64,000 nucleotides of DNA, taken from the NCBI GenBank assembly GCA_038321985.1, contig JBBQFN010000019.1, positions 1-64,000 on the forward strand, written 5' to 3'. The notes under the pieces were generated by a model that did no database searches, had not been told where the DNA came from, and saw only the letters and a list, made by a program, of their open reading frames with translations. Source of the stretch: Cyanophyceae cyanobacterium. GTDB lineage: Bacteria; Cyanobacteriota; Cyanobacteriia; Cyanobacteriales; Laspinemataceae. Positions 1 through 9,535 of this stretch are shown piece by piece. Both the position numbers and the translations under genes were made by a program. The first letter of the stretch is position 1; the number at the start of each line of letters is the position of its first letter.

Positions 1-187
1 GACTTTTGAGTGTCCCAACTGTGGCCTGGTGATTGACCGTGACTTAAACGCCAGCATTAATTTAGAAAAATCGCCGGGTTCCGACGATTACACTTGTGGA
101 CGGGGTGCTGCCGACAGTCCCGGACGAAGCAAGAAATAAACCTCAATATCCGGCTATGTCCGGGTTTGTTTAAGTTTTATAGAGCAG
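1..187 (+). mobile_element. 3' end of an IS200/IS605/IS607-family element (tnpB tail plus right end)
   Basis: Frame 2 (2..139) reads TFECPNCGLVIDRDLNASINLEK...stop, the TnpB zinc ribbon plus RuvC-III DRDxNA motif. It is followed by a ~50 nt tail ending gtttgtttaagttttatagagcag, resembling cyanobacterial IS607-type right ends. The exact boundary is inferred. Confidence 0.8.
2..139 (+). CDS. tnpB: TnpB RNA-guided endonuclease, C-terminal fragment (runs off window start)
   Basis: Manual translation: CPNCG...DRDLNASIN; TAA at 137-139. Confidence 0.85.
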   Translation, partial: TFECPNCGLVIDRDLNASINLEKSPGSDDYTCGRGAADSPGRSKK

Positions 188-279
188 TAAATGACGCCGC
201 TTAACAAAAGGGCATATCAAAGGGGGTTGCTAAAGTAATCCCAACCGACAGATGAAGCGTGTTGGCAGGGAGCATAGTA

Positions 280-3180
280 ATGGATTTGTCACAGGAAAAG
301 CAAGTTAACCGCATCCCAGACGAAGAGGGGGGAAGGACCTCAAATACTGAAAAAATAGCATCCGCGTCCGATCCTCTGGATAACTTGCGCGATGTGTTGC
401 TTGACGCTCTTGCGGGTAAGCCCGAAAAAAAGGTCCCCTTGGTAGAGGAAGTCCATCAAGCGACATCACCAACCCCTGAGTTTGAACCCACCTTGTCAAG
501 GGAATGGAAGAAAGGGGAGGGGGTAGAAAATGGGGGAGGTGATCGGGCTGTTGTAAAGCGCGATCGCCCTACTCGTAAACCTCCCAAAAATGGCAAATGG
601 CGCACCATTAATGTTAACCATTTTACGATTTCAGAAGTGGCTGAAAAATCCACCCCTGCCGCATCCCATACCACATCTGATTCGGCTCTAAAACTGAAGA
701 TAGATTTAACCATTCCGGAAGAAATCACCCCCCATCAGGCTCATTCTTCTCCTCAAGAAGAGTCGGTTAGCAATGCTGAACTTAAACAGGAGCCGGCAAC
801 AGTCAATCCACAAACTCAAGGGGCGGAAACCGCAACGCATTTAGAGGAAAATCTTCAAAGAAATCAAGGAAATTCTACTACAAATTTTAGCACATCTTTT
901 CTAACTGAATCTATTTCAAATATAAACCTTAACCCCCCAACTTTAACCCCGAGTCAAGCTCAATCCGAAACTCCCCTAAAACCAGCCGAAGAAAGCACCT
1001 TGGGTACTCCCGGAAGTGACCCAGAAAACAAGTGGCCGACCCTGAGCGCCTATTCACCGGAAATCCCCTCTAAATTGGTTCCCGAACTCTCAGAATTGCA
1101 AGGCAGTACCGAGGCAATGTTAGAGGGAATTGAGCAATTAGGAAGCACGCTCAAGATAGAGAAATCTCAGCACTCTCCAGAAGCGCAACTGCTCAGTACC
1201 GACCCAGCAGAAGCCATGGATTCCATGGAAAATTTGCAGCAACTTTTATTCGGTTCGCAATTATCCGACATCGAGGGCCTCAAGCAATCCCTGAACGAAT
1301 ACGACTTGCCTGGACTGCGAGATTTGTTGGCTACAACTAATCAAAATTTGCAATCGTTAGAGCATCAGATTTATGAACCTCAAAAGCTGATTGAACTCCT
1401 TAAGCCCTGGATTGCAGAAATACTCACCCGCAAAATTAGCGACTCCAAAGAAGAAGTAGCACAGGCACTGGTTCCGATCATTGATGAAGTAATTAAAAAC
1501 CGATCGCATGAAAATAAAGGAGCAATGAGTGCGGCGATCGCTTCGTTACTTCCCAGTGCTATTACCCAACAGATTAAAGATAGCCCCGAAGATGTCGCCA
1601 AGGCTCTGGGACCGGAAATGGCACTCGCTATTAAAGAACAAATTCGACTGGATCGCAATGCGATCGCCCGAGTGCTAGCACCCGAAATGGGACGCACCAT
1701 CAAAGAACAAATTCGCCTCGAACGGGATGCCATGGTAGATGCGCTCTATCCCGTCATTGGGAATACCATTTCCAAATATATGACCGAAGCGATTAAATCG
1801 ATTAACGATAAAGTAGCGAATACCCTGAGTAGGGAAGGAATAGAACGCAAAATTCGCTCTAAAGTTCAGGGAGTTTCCGAAGCCGAATTGATTCTAAAAG
1901 AATCGATTTCCTTTGTCGTGCAAGCCGTCTTTTTAATTCACAAAGCCTCGGGGTTAGTGATTGCTGAAGCCCAGGAGGCCGGGGACTACCGCCTTGAATC
2001 AGAAATGGTAGCCGGAATGCTCACAGCTATTCGCAGTTTTGTCAATGATTGTATTGTTAAGCCCGGTGAAATTTCGGAATTAAGCGAGGTAGAATACGGC
2101 AGTTCTAAAATAATTTTGGAAGTGGGGGGATACTGCTATTTAGCCATAATTATTAAAGGAGACCCTAGCGCAGCCTTTATTAAAAAAATGCGAACCACCG
2201 TTAGCACCCTGATTCTGGATTACGAGCAACCCATTCAAGAATTTGATGGGGACCCGGCTAATGTTCCCGATCGCATTCCTGAATTAGTTCAGCAGTTAAT
2301 GGAATCCTCCTATAAAAAACCAGCCCAGAAACCTTACGCTTTAGTAGGATTAGTGATAGGAGTTTTGAGCTTATTTTTCATAGGGGGTGGCGCACTCCAG
2401 TATCAGAAGGTTATCCACCAGCGCCTTGCCAAAAACGTTGGGTTGGCGTTGAGTTCCGCCCCAGAATTAGCAGTTTATCGCTTAGATGTGACCGCAAAGG
2501 GAAACACCGTCATTGTAGCTGGCAAGTTACCCAATCCTGAGTTACGCCAAAAAGCCGCAGAAATTGCGGCAGCAGCCTCCGGCAATCGCACCTTAGATAA
2601 TCAAATTATTGCGGTGGATGTCCCCCCGGATTCTACCCTAGTTATGGGCGAAGTGGCCCGAGTCCGTGAGGTGTTCAACCAGAGAGAAGGCGTGGCGATT
2701 ACTGCGAACTACGCTAATCGAAAAGTCACCATAGAAGGGACGGTGACGGAGATATCAGAAGCCCCTAATATTGTCCAAGGCTTCGAGCAAATTCCTGGGG
2801 TTAACTCTGTGGTTAGCACCCTCAAACTCGACCCGTTGAACATCCCCGCTCGAATCTATTTTGATAGCGGTTCGGTGCAGTTGAATTCAACTTATCAAGA
2901 GACGTTGGAAACCCTAAAGCAGTTTTTGGAAGACTATCCTCAAAAAAATATCAGGATCATGGGTCATAGCGATGGCAGAGGTTCTCCGATTATCAACAAA
3001 CGATTAGCCTTACAACGGGCGCAGGCGGTCCAAACTGCCTTAATCCAGTCGGGAGTACAACCCACTCGTCTAGAGGCAGTGGGAGATAGTAATCCACCGG
3101 CAGATGTTGACTCGAATCAACCTCAATTATTAGGCCGAGTTGTTCTTTTTGAACCCATCACACCAGAACCAGAAAATTAG
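280..3180 (+). CDS. Membrane protein: disordered N-terminus, 23-aa helical repeats, longin/roadblock-like domain, TM, BON domain(s), OmpA-like C-terminal domain
   Basis: ORF 259..3180, with ATG 280 the likely start. OmpA motifs IYFDSGS...IMGHSDGRG...NKRLALQRAQAV; BON-like LDVTAKGNTVIVAGKLP; hydrophobic ALVGLVIGVLSLFFIGGGAL; VFLIHKASGLVI...EMVAGMLTAIRSFV. Confidence 0.8.
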   Translation: MDLSQEKQVNRIPDEEGGRTSNTEKIASASDPLDNLRDVLLDALAGKPEKKVPLVEEVHQATSPTPEFEPTLSREWKKGEGVENGGGDRAVVKRDRPTRKPPKNGKWRTINVNHFTISEVAEKSTPAASHTTSDSALKLKIDLTIPEEITPHQAHSSPQEESVSNAELKQEPATVNPQTQGAETATHLEENLQRNQGNSTTNFSTSFLTESISNINLNPPTLTPSQAQSETPLKPAEESTLGTPGSDPENKWPTLSAYSPEIPSKLVPELSELQGSTEAMLEGIEQLGSTLKIEKSQHSPEAQLLSTDPAEAMDSMENLQQLLFGSQLSDIEGLKQSLNEYDLPGLRDLLATTNQNLQSLEHQIYEPQKLIELLKPWIAEILTRKISDSKEEVAQALVPIIDEVIKNRSHENKGAMSAAIASLLPSAITQQIKDSPEDVAKALGPEMALAIKEQIRLDRNAIARVLAPEMGRTIKEQIRLERDAMVDALYPVIGNTISKYMTEAIKSINDKVANTLSREGIERKIRSKVQGVSEAELILKESISFVVQAVFLIHKASGLVIAEAQEAGDYRLESEMVAGMLTAIRSFVNDCIVKPGEISELSEVEYGSSKIILEVGGYCYLAIIIKGDPSAAFIKKMRTTVSTLILDYEQPIQEFDGDPANVPDRIPELVQQLMESSYKKPAQKPYALVGLVIGVLSLFFIGGGALQYQKVIHQRLAKNVGLALSSAPELAVYRLDVTAKGNTVIVAGKLPNPELRQKAAEIAAAASGNRTLDNQIIAVDVPPDSTLVMGEVARVREVFNQREGVAITANYANRKVTIEGTVTEISEAPNIVQGFEQIPGVNSVVSTLKLDPLNIPARIYFDSGSVQLNSTYQETLETLKQFLEDYPQKNIRIMGHSDGRGSPIINKRLALQRAQAVQTALIQSGVQPTRLEAVGDSNPPADVDSNQPQLLGRVVLFEPITPEPEN

Positions 3181-3188
3181 TCAGCATT

Positions 3189-3740
3189 ATGTTACCTATT
3201 TCCAAGAAAATCTGCATGATTGGTGATTTCGGAGTCGGAAAAACCAGTTTAATTAGGCGCTTTGTTGATCGGGAATTTAGCGACCAATATCTCTCTACCG
3301 TAGGCGTCAAAATTTCTCGTAAACCCCTCGAAGTGGAAAAAGTCCCCGGTTCAGACCCAATTGGGATGCAGTTACTGATCTGGGACTTGGAAGGTCATAC
3401 TAAATTTAAGGCGATCGCCCCCTCTTATCTTCAAGGCTCTAGTGGCGGTTTAATCGTCGCTGACGTGACCCGCACTGAAACCATAGAACGGTTATCTGAA
3501 CATATAAAGCTCTTTACATCGGTTAATCCCAAAGGTGCATTGATGGTGGCATTAAATAAAGCCGACCTAGTAGAACCCGAAAAAATGCCTAAGTTGAAAG
3601 AATTATGTCAGCAAGTTGTTCAAAATGTTTCTCCCGAATCTGAGCGAGTTTTAGGAATCTATTCTACCTCAGCTTGCACCGGGGACTTTGTAGATGAAAT
3701 TTTTCATAAATTAGCGATTCAAACTCTAGTAAAAATTTAA
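3189..3740 (+). CDS. Rab-like Ras-superfamily small GTPase
   Basis: G1 GDFGVGKTS, G2 YLSTVG, G3 WDLEG, G4 NKAD, G5 TSA; 183 aa, stand-alone; 8 bp after the upstream gene. Confidence 0.92.
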   Translation: MLPISKKICMIGDFGVGKTSLIRRFVDREFSDQYLSTVGVKISRKPLEVEKVPGSDPIGMQLLIWDLEGHTKFKAIAPSYLQGSSGGLIVADVTRTETIERLSEHIKLFTSVNPKGALMVALNKADLVEPEKMPKLKELCQQVVQNVSPESERVLGIYSTSACTGDFVDEIFHKLAIQTLVKI

Positions 3741-4105
3741 CTAGCCTTGAATAATTACGGATTTATTTTGTCTGAAAATGCCTCATTTTAAATCCAGCTT
3801 CCAAGCCGCTATTTTTAACGTGACCCCCTGCGGGCTTTGTTCCGATAGCCTCAGCCGGGCCGGGCCGCCTTCAGTTTTCCTTCCTGGAAAAACTGCTGGA
3901 TGACTTAGGGCGGATCCTCTCGGTGGTGAGACCTGGATATTGGAGACGGTCTTACTGCGTGATCCTATCAAGCTCTATTATTCTAACCTTTTGATTTTAA
4001 AGCAAATCACGGATTGCCCGATAGAGGAAGGAATATTGCCCATCCACCATCCTCTAGATCGTATGATAGAGAGAAGGAGGAGAGATAAAACTTATGGCTA
4101 TTGGC

Positions 4106-7100
4106 ATGAATTCCCTACTAGAAAAACTCTTAGCACCTCGGCGCTTAGAGTATCTCGTCATAAATCGGGATGCGATCGTATTAGAAAAATCCCCCCAAGT
4201 GCATCGGTTTGCGGACCGTCCTGAACAAGTCGAGGAGGGAGGGGATGCAAGGCTGGGATATCCAGAGTTAATCGGCATCGAACAGGTGCTAATTGATATT
4301 TTGGAAGGACGCCGTAATAGTTTTGAATTACAAGGAATTGATCGCTGTTCTGAGCGTGAGGGAATTTTATATTTAGATTTTTGGATTGTTGCCAATTCTC
4401 AAGAGGACAATCCACCTGATCGCTTGTTTATTTTGTTTAAAGATGCCACGGAGCGAATGGTTTTACGCCAAACCTTAGTCCAGCGAGAAAATGACGCTTA
4501 TTTATTATTAAATGAACTTAAATCAGCAAAAATTGCTTTAGATAAACTGTTTCAAACGGTTCTAGATCCCATCATAATTTGTAACGCTGAGGGATTAATT
4601 AAAAAAACCAATAAAGCCACGAGAGAATTATTAAACTATAGTGATTTTGAACTAATCGGGAAACCTTTACGGGAAGTGGTTCCGAATAGTCACTTGCTAG
4701 AAACGGTTAATTCAGGACGGTCCTGGGGGAAAGAAGAAGATTTTTATTATCCGAAAAAAAAAGAGGTAGAAGTCGCTTGTAGAACCAAAAATGGGGAAGA
4801 AATTTTTGTAGCTTTTTCCCGGGGGGTGGTCAGCAACGAGGACCAGGAAGTTGAAGAAGTCGTCTATGTCGGGCGGGATATGACCGAGCGCAAACGGTCC
4901 TCAGCCGCGATCGCCAAAATGAATGCCGCCCTAGCCCAACGAGTCGAGGAACGAACCCGGACGTTACAAGAAACCATCGCTCAACTTGAAGGTGAAATCG
5001 GCGATCGCCAACGCGCTGAAGCTGCCTTGCAAAAAGAACGAGAATTTCTCAACGCCTTGCTCAATAACCTGCAAGACAGCATCGTTGCCTGTGATGCCGA
5101 TGGCACCTTGAGCCTATTTAACCAAGCCACCCAAGAGGTTTACGGACTGCCCGAACAGCCCCTCTCCGTAGACCGATGGGGCGAACACTTCCAGTTTTAT
5201 CATCCTGACGAGAGTACCCCCATGCCCATCGAACAGACCCCCCTGTATCGAGCCTGGCAGGGAGAACAAGTGCGCCATCAGGAAGTGGAAATTCTCGCCA
5301 AACAGGGGAAAAAGCGCATCCTAGTCGCCAGTGGACAGGCTCTGGTCAATTCCCAGGGAGACAGCCTGGGGGCAGTAGTAGCGATGCAAGACATTACCGA
5401 GCGTAAACAAGCCGAGAAAGCGCTACAAAACATCGTAGCCGGGACTGCTGCTGTCACTGGAGAAGAATTTTTCCCCGCGCTGGTCCAACATCTGGCAACT
5501 GCACTGGAAGTCCCTTACGTTTTGCTCTCACAATTAGAGGGGACACAAGAGAAAAAATTAAAAACCTTAGCCTTTTGGGCTACGGATCACCTGGCTGAAA
5601 ACTTCGAGTATGACCTAGCTGAAACCCCCTGTGAAGTCGTCCACGAGGAACGTCAGTTGTGCCACTACCGCGATGGCCTCCAGGAACTCTTCCCCAACTC
5701 CCCGACTCTCGCTAAGATCAATGGGGTCGGCTATCTGGGTGTTCCCCTCTTCGGCCCTCAGAACCAGCCCATAGGTAACCTCTGCGTTATCCACAACAAA
5801 CCCCTAGAAGTAGACCCAGAAGCCAACGCCATTCTCAGCGTTTTTGCCTCCCGCGCCGCCGCTGAACTGCAACGCAAATGGGCCGAAGAATCCCTGCGCC
5901 GCGCCAACGATAAATTAGAACTGCGGGTCCAACAACGCACCCAAGAGCTATCAGAAACCCTCAACAGCCTGCAAGCTGAAATTGCCGAGCGCCAGAAAAC
6001 CGAAGCGGCCCTGCGTCGGAGTGAAGAACGCTGGCAACTGGCGATCGAAGGCACCTCCGATGGCATTTGGGACTGGGACCTCAAAACCGATCGCGTCTTC
6101 CTCTCCGCTCGCGGCCAGGAAATGCTCGGTTATGAACCCCGGGACCAGTTTCATCCCTTCGAGGAATGGGAAAGTCGAATTCATCCCGATGACCTGGAAA
6201 CTTGCCGCCAAGCCATGCAAGCCCACCTGTCCAATACCGGGTCCTCTTACTCCCAAGAACATCGTGTTAGGGGGCAAAACGGTCGGTATCAATGGATTTT
6301 GACTCGGGGACAGGCGCAATGGGACGAAGCAGGAAACCCCATCCGCATGACTGGTTCCCATACTGACATCACCGAGCGTAAACAAGTCGAAGAAGAACGG
6401 CAAAAATTTGTGGCTCTCGTTGAGAACAGCAACGACTTTATCAGCATGGCAACGTTAGAAGGTCAAACTTTCTACGTCAACGAAGCCGGTCGATTCTTGG
6501 TAGGCCTTGATTCCCTCGAACAAGTCTATCAAACTCAACTTTCTCACTACCTGACCCCAGAAAGTGAGGCGCAAGATCAAGAACTGGCGATTCCGACGGT
6601 GATGCAAACCGGCCATTGGCAGGGTGAAACGAAACTGCGTCACTTTAAAACCGGCCAATGCCTTGATATGCAGACCAGTATATTTATGGTCAAGCACCCG
6701 CAACGGGGTGAGCCAATCTGTTTGGCAACCATCCAGCGTGACATTAGCGATCGCAAACGTGCCGAAGCCGCCATTCTAGACAGTGAAAATAAATATCGCT
6801 CCGTCGTAGAAAATTTAACCGAAGTTATTTTCCAACGCAATAAAGACGGTTTCTTAACCTTCCTCAACCCCGCTTGGACTCACATCACTGGATTTACCTT
6901 AGCTGAAAGTATCGGGCAGCCTTTACTCTCTTTTGTTCACCCCGAGGATCGTTCCAGCTTTGTGAATGCCTTTGAAACTCTGCGTTCCAGCCAGCAAGAT
7001 TCGGTGCGCCACGAAGCACGACTCCTGACGAAAGATGGGTCCTACCGTTGGGCGGAAGTTCAGAAGCGGTTAAATATTAATGATCGCGATGGCTACATCG

Positions 7101-9526
7101 GCACCGCCGGTTCTCTCAACGATATCACCGATCGCAAACGCCTAGAACAAGTCCGTGAACAAGAGCGCCAACAGTTACAGCAAGTTATTACCAATGCGCC
7201 GGTGGCAATGGCAATGTTTGATCCAGAAATGCGCTATCTGGCTTATAGCAACTGCTGGTTAAAAGATTACTGCCTGGAGGGACAATCTCTCCTGGGACAC
7301 TCCTATTACGAGCTGTTACCCGAAACTGAAAACATTAAAGAAATTCATCAGGCTGCTCTGGCCGGAGAAGTCCTCTCCCGACCCGAAGATATTTTTGAAC
7401 TGGGCGATCGCACCCAACTTTATCTGCGTTGGGCCGTGCAACCTTGGTATCGTTCAGAAAATCAAATTGGTGGCATCATCATCGTCACTCAAGTCATTAA
7501 TGAACTGGTTAAAGCCCGGGAACAAGCCCTCCAAGCCTCCCGGATGAAATCGCAATTCCTAGCCAACATGAGCCACGAAATTAGAACTCCCATGAATGGC
7601 GTGATTGGCATGACTGATTTACTTCTAAAAACTACCCTCTCCTCCCAACAGCGCGATTTTGTTCATACCCTTAAAACCAGCGGTCAAAACTTGCTGGTTT
7701 TGATTAATGATATCCTCGATTTTTCTAAACTCGAAGCGGGGGAAATGCGTCTGGATAGCCTTGAATTTAATTTAAAAGGCTGTATCGAAGAAACCATCGA
7801 TTTACTGGCAACCCAGGCCCAAAATAAACGTCTAGAATTGTTATCTCTGGTTGATCCAGACGTTCCCATTACCTTAATTGGAGACCCGACTCGTCTGCGT
7901 CAGGTATTGATGAACCTCGCAGGAAATGCCCTAAAATTTACCGAAGATGGGGAAGTGGTCGTTCGCGCTTCCTTACAAGCCGAAACCCCCGGAACCATCA
8001 CCCTAAATTTTGAAGTTAGAGATACGGGAATTGGGATCAATACTCTCGATCAAAATAAATTATTTGAATCCTTTTCCCAAGTGGATGCCTCAACCACGCG
8101 CAAATATGGAGGGACGGGATTGGGATTGGCAATTTGTAAGCAACTGGTCACGTTAATGGGGGGTGAAATCAGGGTCGAAAGTGCCGTAGGAGTCGGTTCT
8201 CGATTTTGGTTTACCGCTACTTTTGAAAAAGCGCCCGAGGTGACCGAAGTTACCCCGGAATTACCCCAGTCTCCTCGGGATTTGCACCTGTTAGTTATGG
8301 ATTGTAACGGGACAAGTCGTCAGATTATCGGAGCCTATTTGCAGTCTTGGAATATTCAACCGGAGGCGGTTGAAAACTCCACCCAGGCGATCGCAGCCTT
8401 AGAGGATGCCCTAGCCCAAGGAAACCCTTATTCTCTGGCTTTAATTGACCTGCAAAATGCTCAACAGGATGGAGAAATTCTCGCCCAACGTCTGATTTCT
8501 AACCGGGCATTTCTCCATACAAAATGGATCGTCATGGTTTCGATTCATCAACACGAACTCGTCAAACGTCTCCTGCAACAAGGTGCCGCTGGTTATTTAC
8601 TGAAGCCCATTAAAGCCTCTCGCTTATTAGAAGGGTTGATTCAGGCCCTTCAAGGTGAACTTTCAGGGGTGTCTAATTCGTTATTCCTAGAACAAGATTC
8701 CCAGGAACCTACTCCCGTTTTTGAACCGGTCAAGAATCTCAAAATTTTATTGGTTGAAGATACCCCCATTAACCAAAAAGTTATCTTAAACCAGCTTAAA
8801 GTTCTCGGGTATGCCGCTGATTGTGTAGGCAATGGACAGCAAGCACTCGACTGCCTCGCGCAGCAGCAATATGATCTGGTGCTTATGGATTGTCTAATGC
8901 CGGTCCTGGATGGGTACAAAACCACAAAAGCCTTGCGCGATCGCGAAGGTAATGGGCGCTCTACTATCATCATCGCAATGACCGCCAATGCCATGAAAGG
9001 AGAGCGGGAAAAATGTTTAGCAGCCGGAATGGATGACTATATCAGCAAACCCGTGGATCTCGATAATTTAGCGGCGATTTTGCATCAATGGGGCGAAACA
9101 ATTACCGGCATTCAAGGGCGAGCTTCCTCCCCCGCCGAACCCCTACCACCCTCTCCTGAATTCCAGACCCCTTATTCCCTTGAGGAAGCCCCGATTGACC
9201 TCAAGCGCCTGCATGAAATTTCTAGGGGAGATGAAGAGTTTGAGTTAGAACTCTTGGAAACTTTTATGGAAGATGCGGTGGTTTATTTAGATGATATCAA
9301 ACGATCTATAGCCGTACAAGATTGGAGTGCCCTTAGCCGGCGTGCTCATCAATTAAAAGGGGGTTCGGCTACGGTTGCCATCCTATCCATGCCCAATATA
9401 GCCCGTAAAATTGAAAATCTAGCCCATCAGCAATCCAGGGAAGGCATGGACGATTTAGTGAAGGAATTAGACCGGATTTTGGACCGCCTTCAGGGATTTA
9501 TTGAAACCCTCAAGAGACAAGACTAG
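4106..9526 (+). CDS. Hybrid sensor histidine kinase (multiple PAS, GAF, HisKA, HATPase, 2 REC, Hpt)
   Basis: H-box [50 protein letters not shown], Hpt AHQLKGGSA. Start at Met5 (4106) inferred from the paralogous N-termini. Confidence 0.93.
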   Translation: MNSLLEKLLAPRRLEYLVINRDAIVLEKSPQVHRFADRPEQVEEGGDARLGYPELIGIEQVLIDILEGRRNSFELQGIDRCSEREGILYLDFWIVANSQEDNPPDRLFILFKDATERMVLRQTLVQRENDAYLLLNELKSAKIALDKLFQTVLDPIIICNAEGLIKKTNKATRELLNYSDFELIGKPLREVVPNSHLLETVNSGRSWGKEEDFYYPKKKEVEVACRTKNGEEIFVAFSRGVVSNEDQEVEEVVYVGRDMTERKRSSAAIAKMNAALAQRVEERTRTLQETIAQLEGEIGDRQRAEAALQKEREFLNALLNNLQDSIVACDADGTLSLFNQATQEVYGLPEQPLSVDRWGEHFQFYHPDESTPMPIEQTPLYRAWQGEQVRHQEVEILAKQGKKRILVASGQALVNSQGDSLGAVVAMQDITERKQAEKALQNIVAGTAAVTGEEFFPALVQHLATALEVPYVLLSQLEGTQEKKLKTLAFWATDHLAENFEYDLAETPCEVVHEERQLCHYRDGLQELFPNSPTLAKINGVGYLGVPLFGPQNQPIGNLCVIHNKPLEVDPEANAILSVFASRAAAELQRKWAEESLRRANDKLELRVQQRTQELSETLNSLQAEIAERQKTEAALRRSEERWQLAIEGTSDGIWDWDLKTDRVFLSARGQEMLGYEPRDQFHPFEEWESRIHPDDLETCRQAMQAHLSNTGSSYSQEHRVRGQNGRYQWILTRGQAQWDEAGNPIRMTGSHTDITERKQVEEERQKFVALVENSNDFISMATLEGQTFYVNEAGRFLVGLDSLEQVYQTQLSHYLTPESEAQDQELAIPTVMQTGHWQGETKLRHFKTGQCLDMQTSIFMVKHPQRGEPICLATIQRDISDRKRAEAAILDSENKYRSVVENLTEVIFQRNKDGFLTFLNPAWTHITGFTLAESIGQPLLSFVHPEDRSSFVNAFETLRSSQQDSVRHEARLLTKDGSYRWAEVQKRLNINDRDGYIGTAGSLNDITDRKRLEQVREQERQQLQQVITNAPVAMAMFDPEMRYLAYSNCWLKDYCLEGQSLLGHSYYELLPETENIKEIHQAALAGEVLSRPEDIFELGDRTQLYLRWAVQPWYRSENQIGGIIIVTQVINELVKAREQALQASRMKSQFLANMSHEIRTPMNGVIGMTDLLLKTTLSSQQRDFVHTLKTSGQNLLVLINDILDFSKLEAGEMRLDSLEFNLKGCIEETIDLLATQAQNKRLELLSLVDPDVPITLIGDPTRLRQVLMNLAGNALKFTEDGEVVVRASLQAETPGTITLNFEVRDTGIGINTLDQNKLFESFSQVDASTTRKYGGTGLGLAICKQLVTLMGGEIRVESAVGVGSRFWFTATFEKAPEVTEVTPELPQSPRDLHLLVMDCNGTSRQIIGAYLQSWNIQPEAVENSTQAIAALEDALAQGNPYSLALIDLQNAQQDGEILAQRLISNRAFLHTKWIVMVSIHQHELVKRLLQQGAAGYLLKPIKASRLLEGLIQALQGELSGVSNSLFLEQDSQEPTPVFEPVKNLKILLVEDTPINQKVILNQLKVLGYAADCVGNGQQALDCLAQQQYDLVLMDCLMPVLDGYKTTKALRDREGNGRSTIIIAMTANAMKGEREKCLAAGMDDYISKPVDLDNLAAILHQWGETITGIQGRASSPAEPLPPSPEFQTPYSLEEAPIDLKRLHEISRGDEEFELELLETFMEDAVVYLDDIKRSIAVQDWSALSRRAHQLKGGSATVAILSMPNIARKIENLAHQQSREGMDDLVKELDRILDRLQGFIETLKRQD

Positions 9527-9535
9527 CTCAATATC

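Noticed and set aside
3189..3740. Eukaryotic contamination or a Roco fragment as the source of the Rab-like gene
   Set aside because: It contains HIP1, has operon-like spacing and no introns, and has no adjacent LRR/COR domain.
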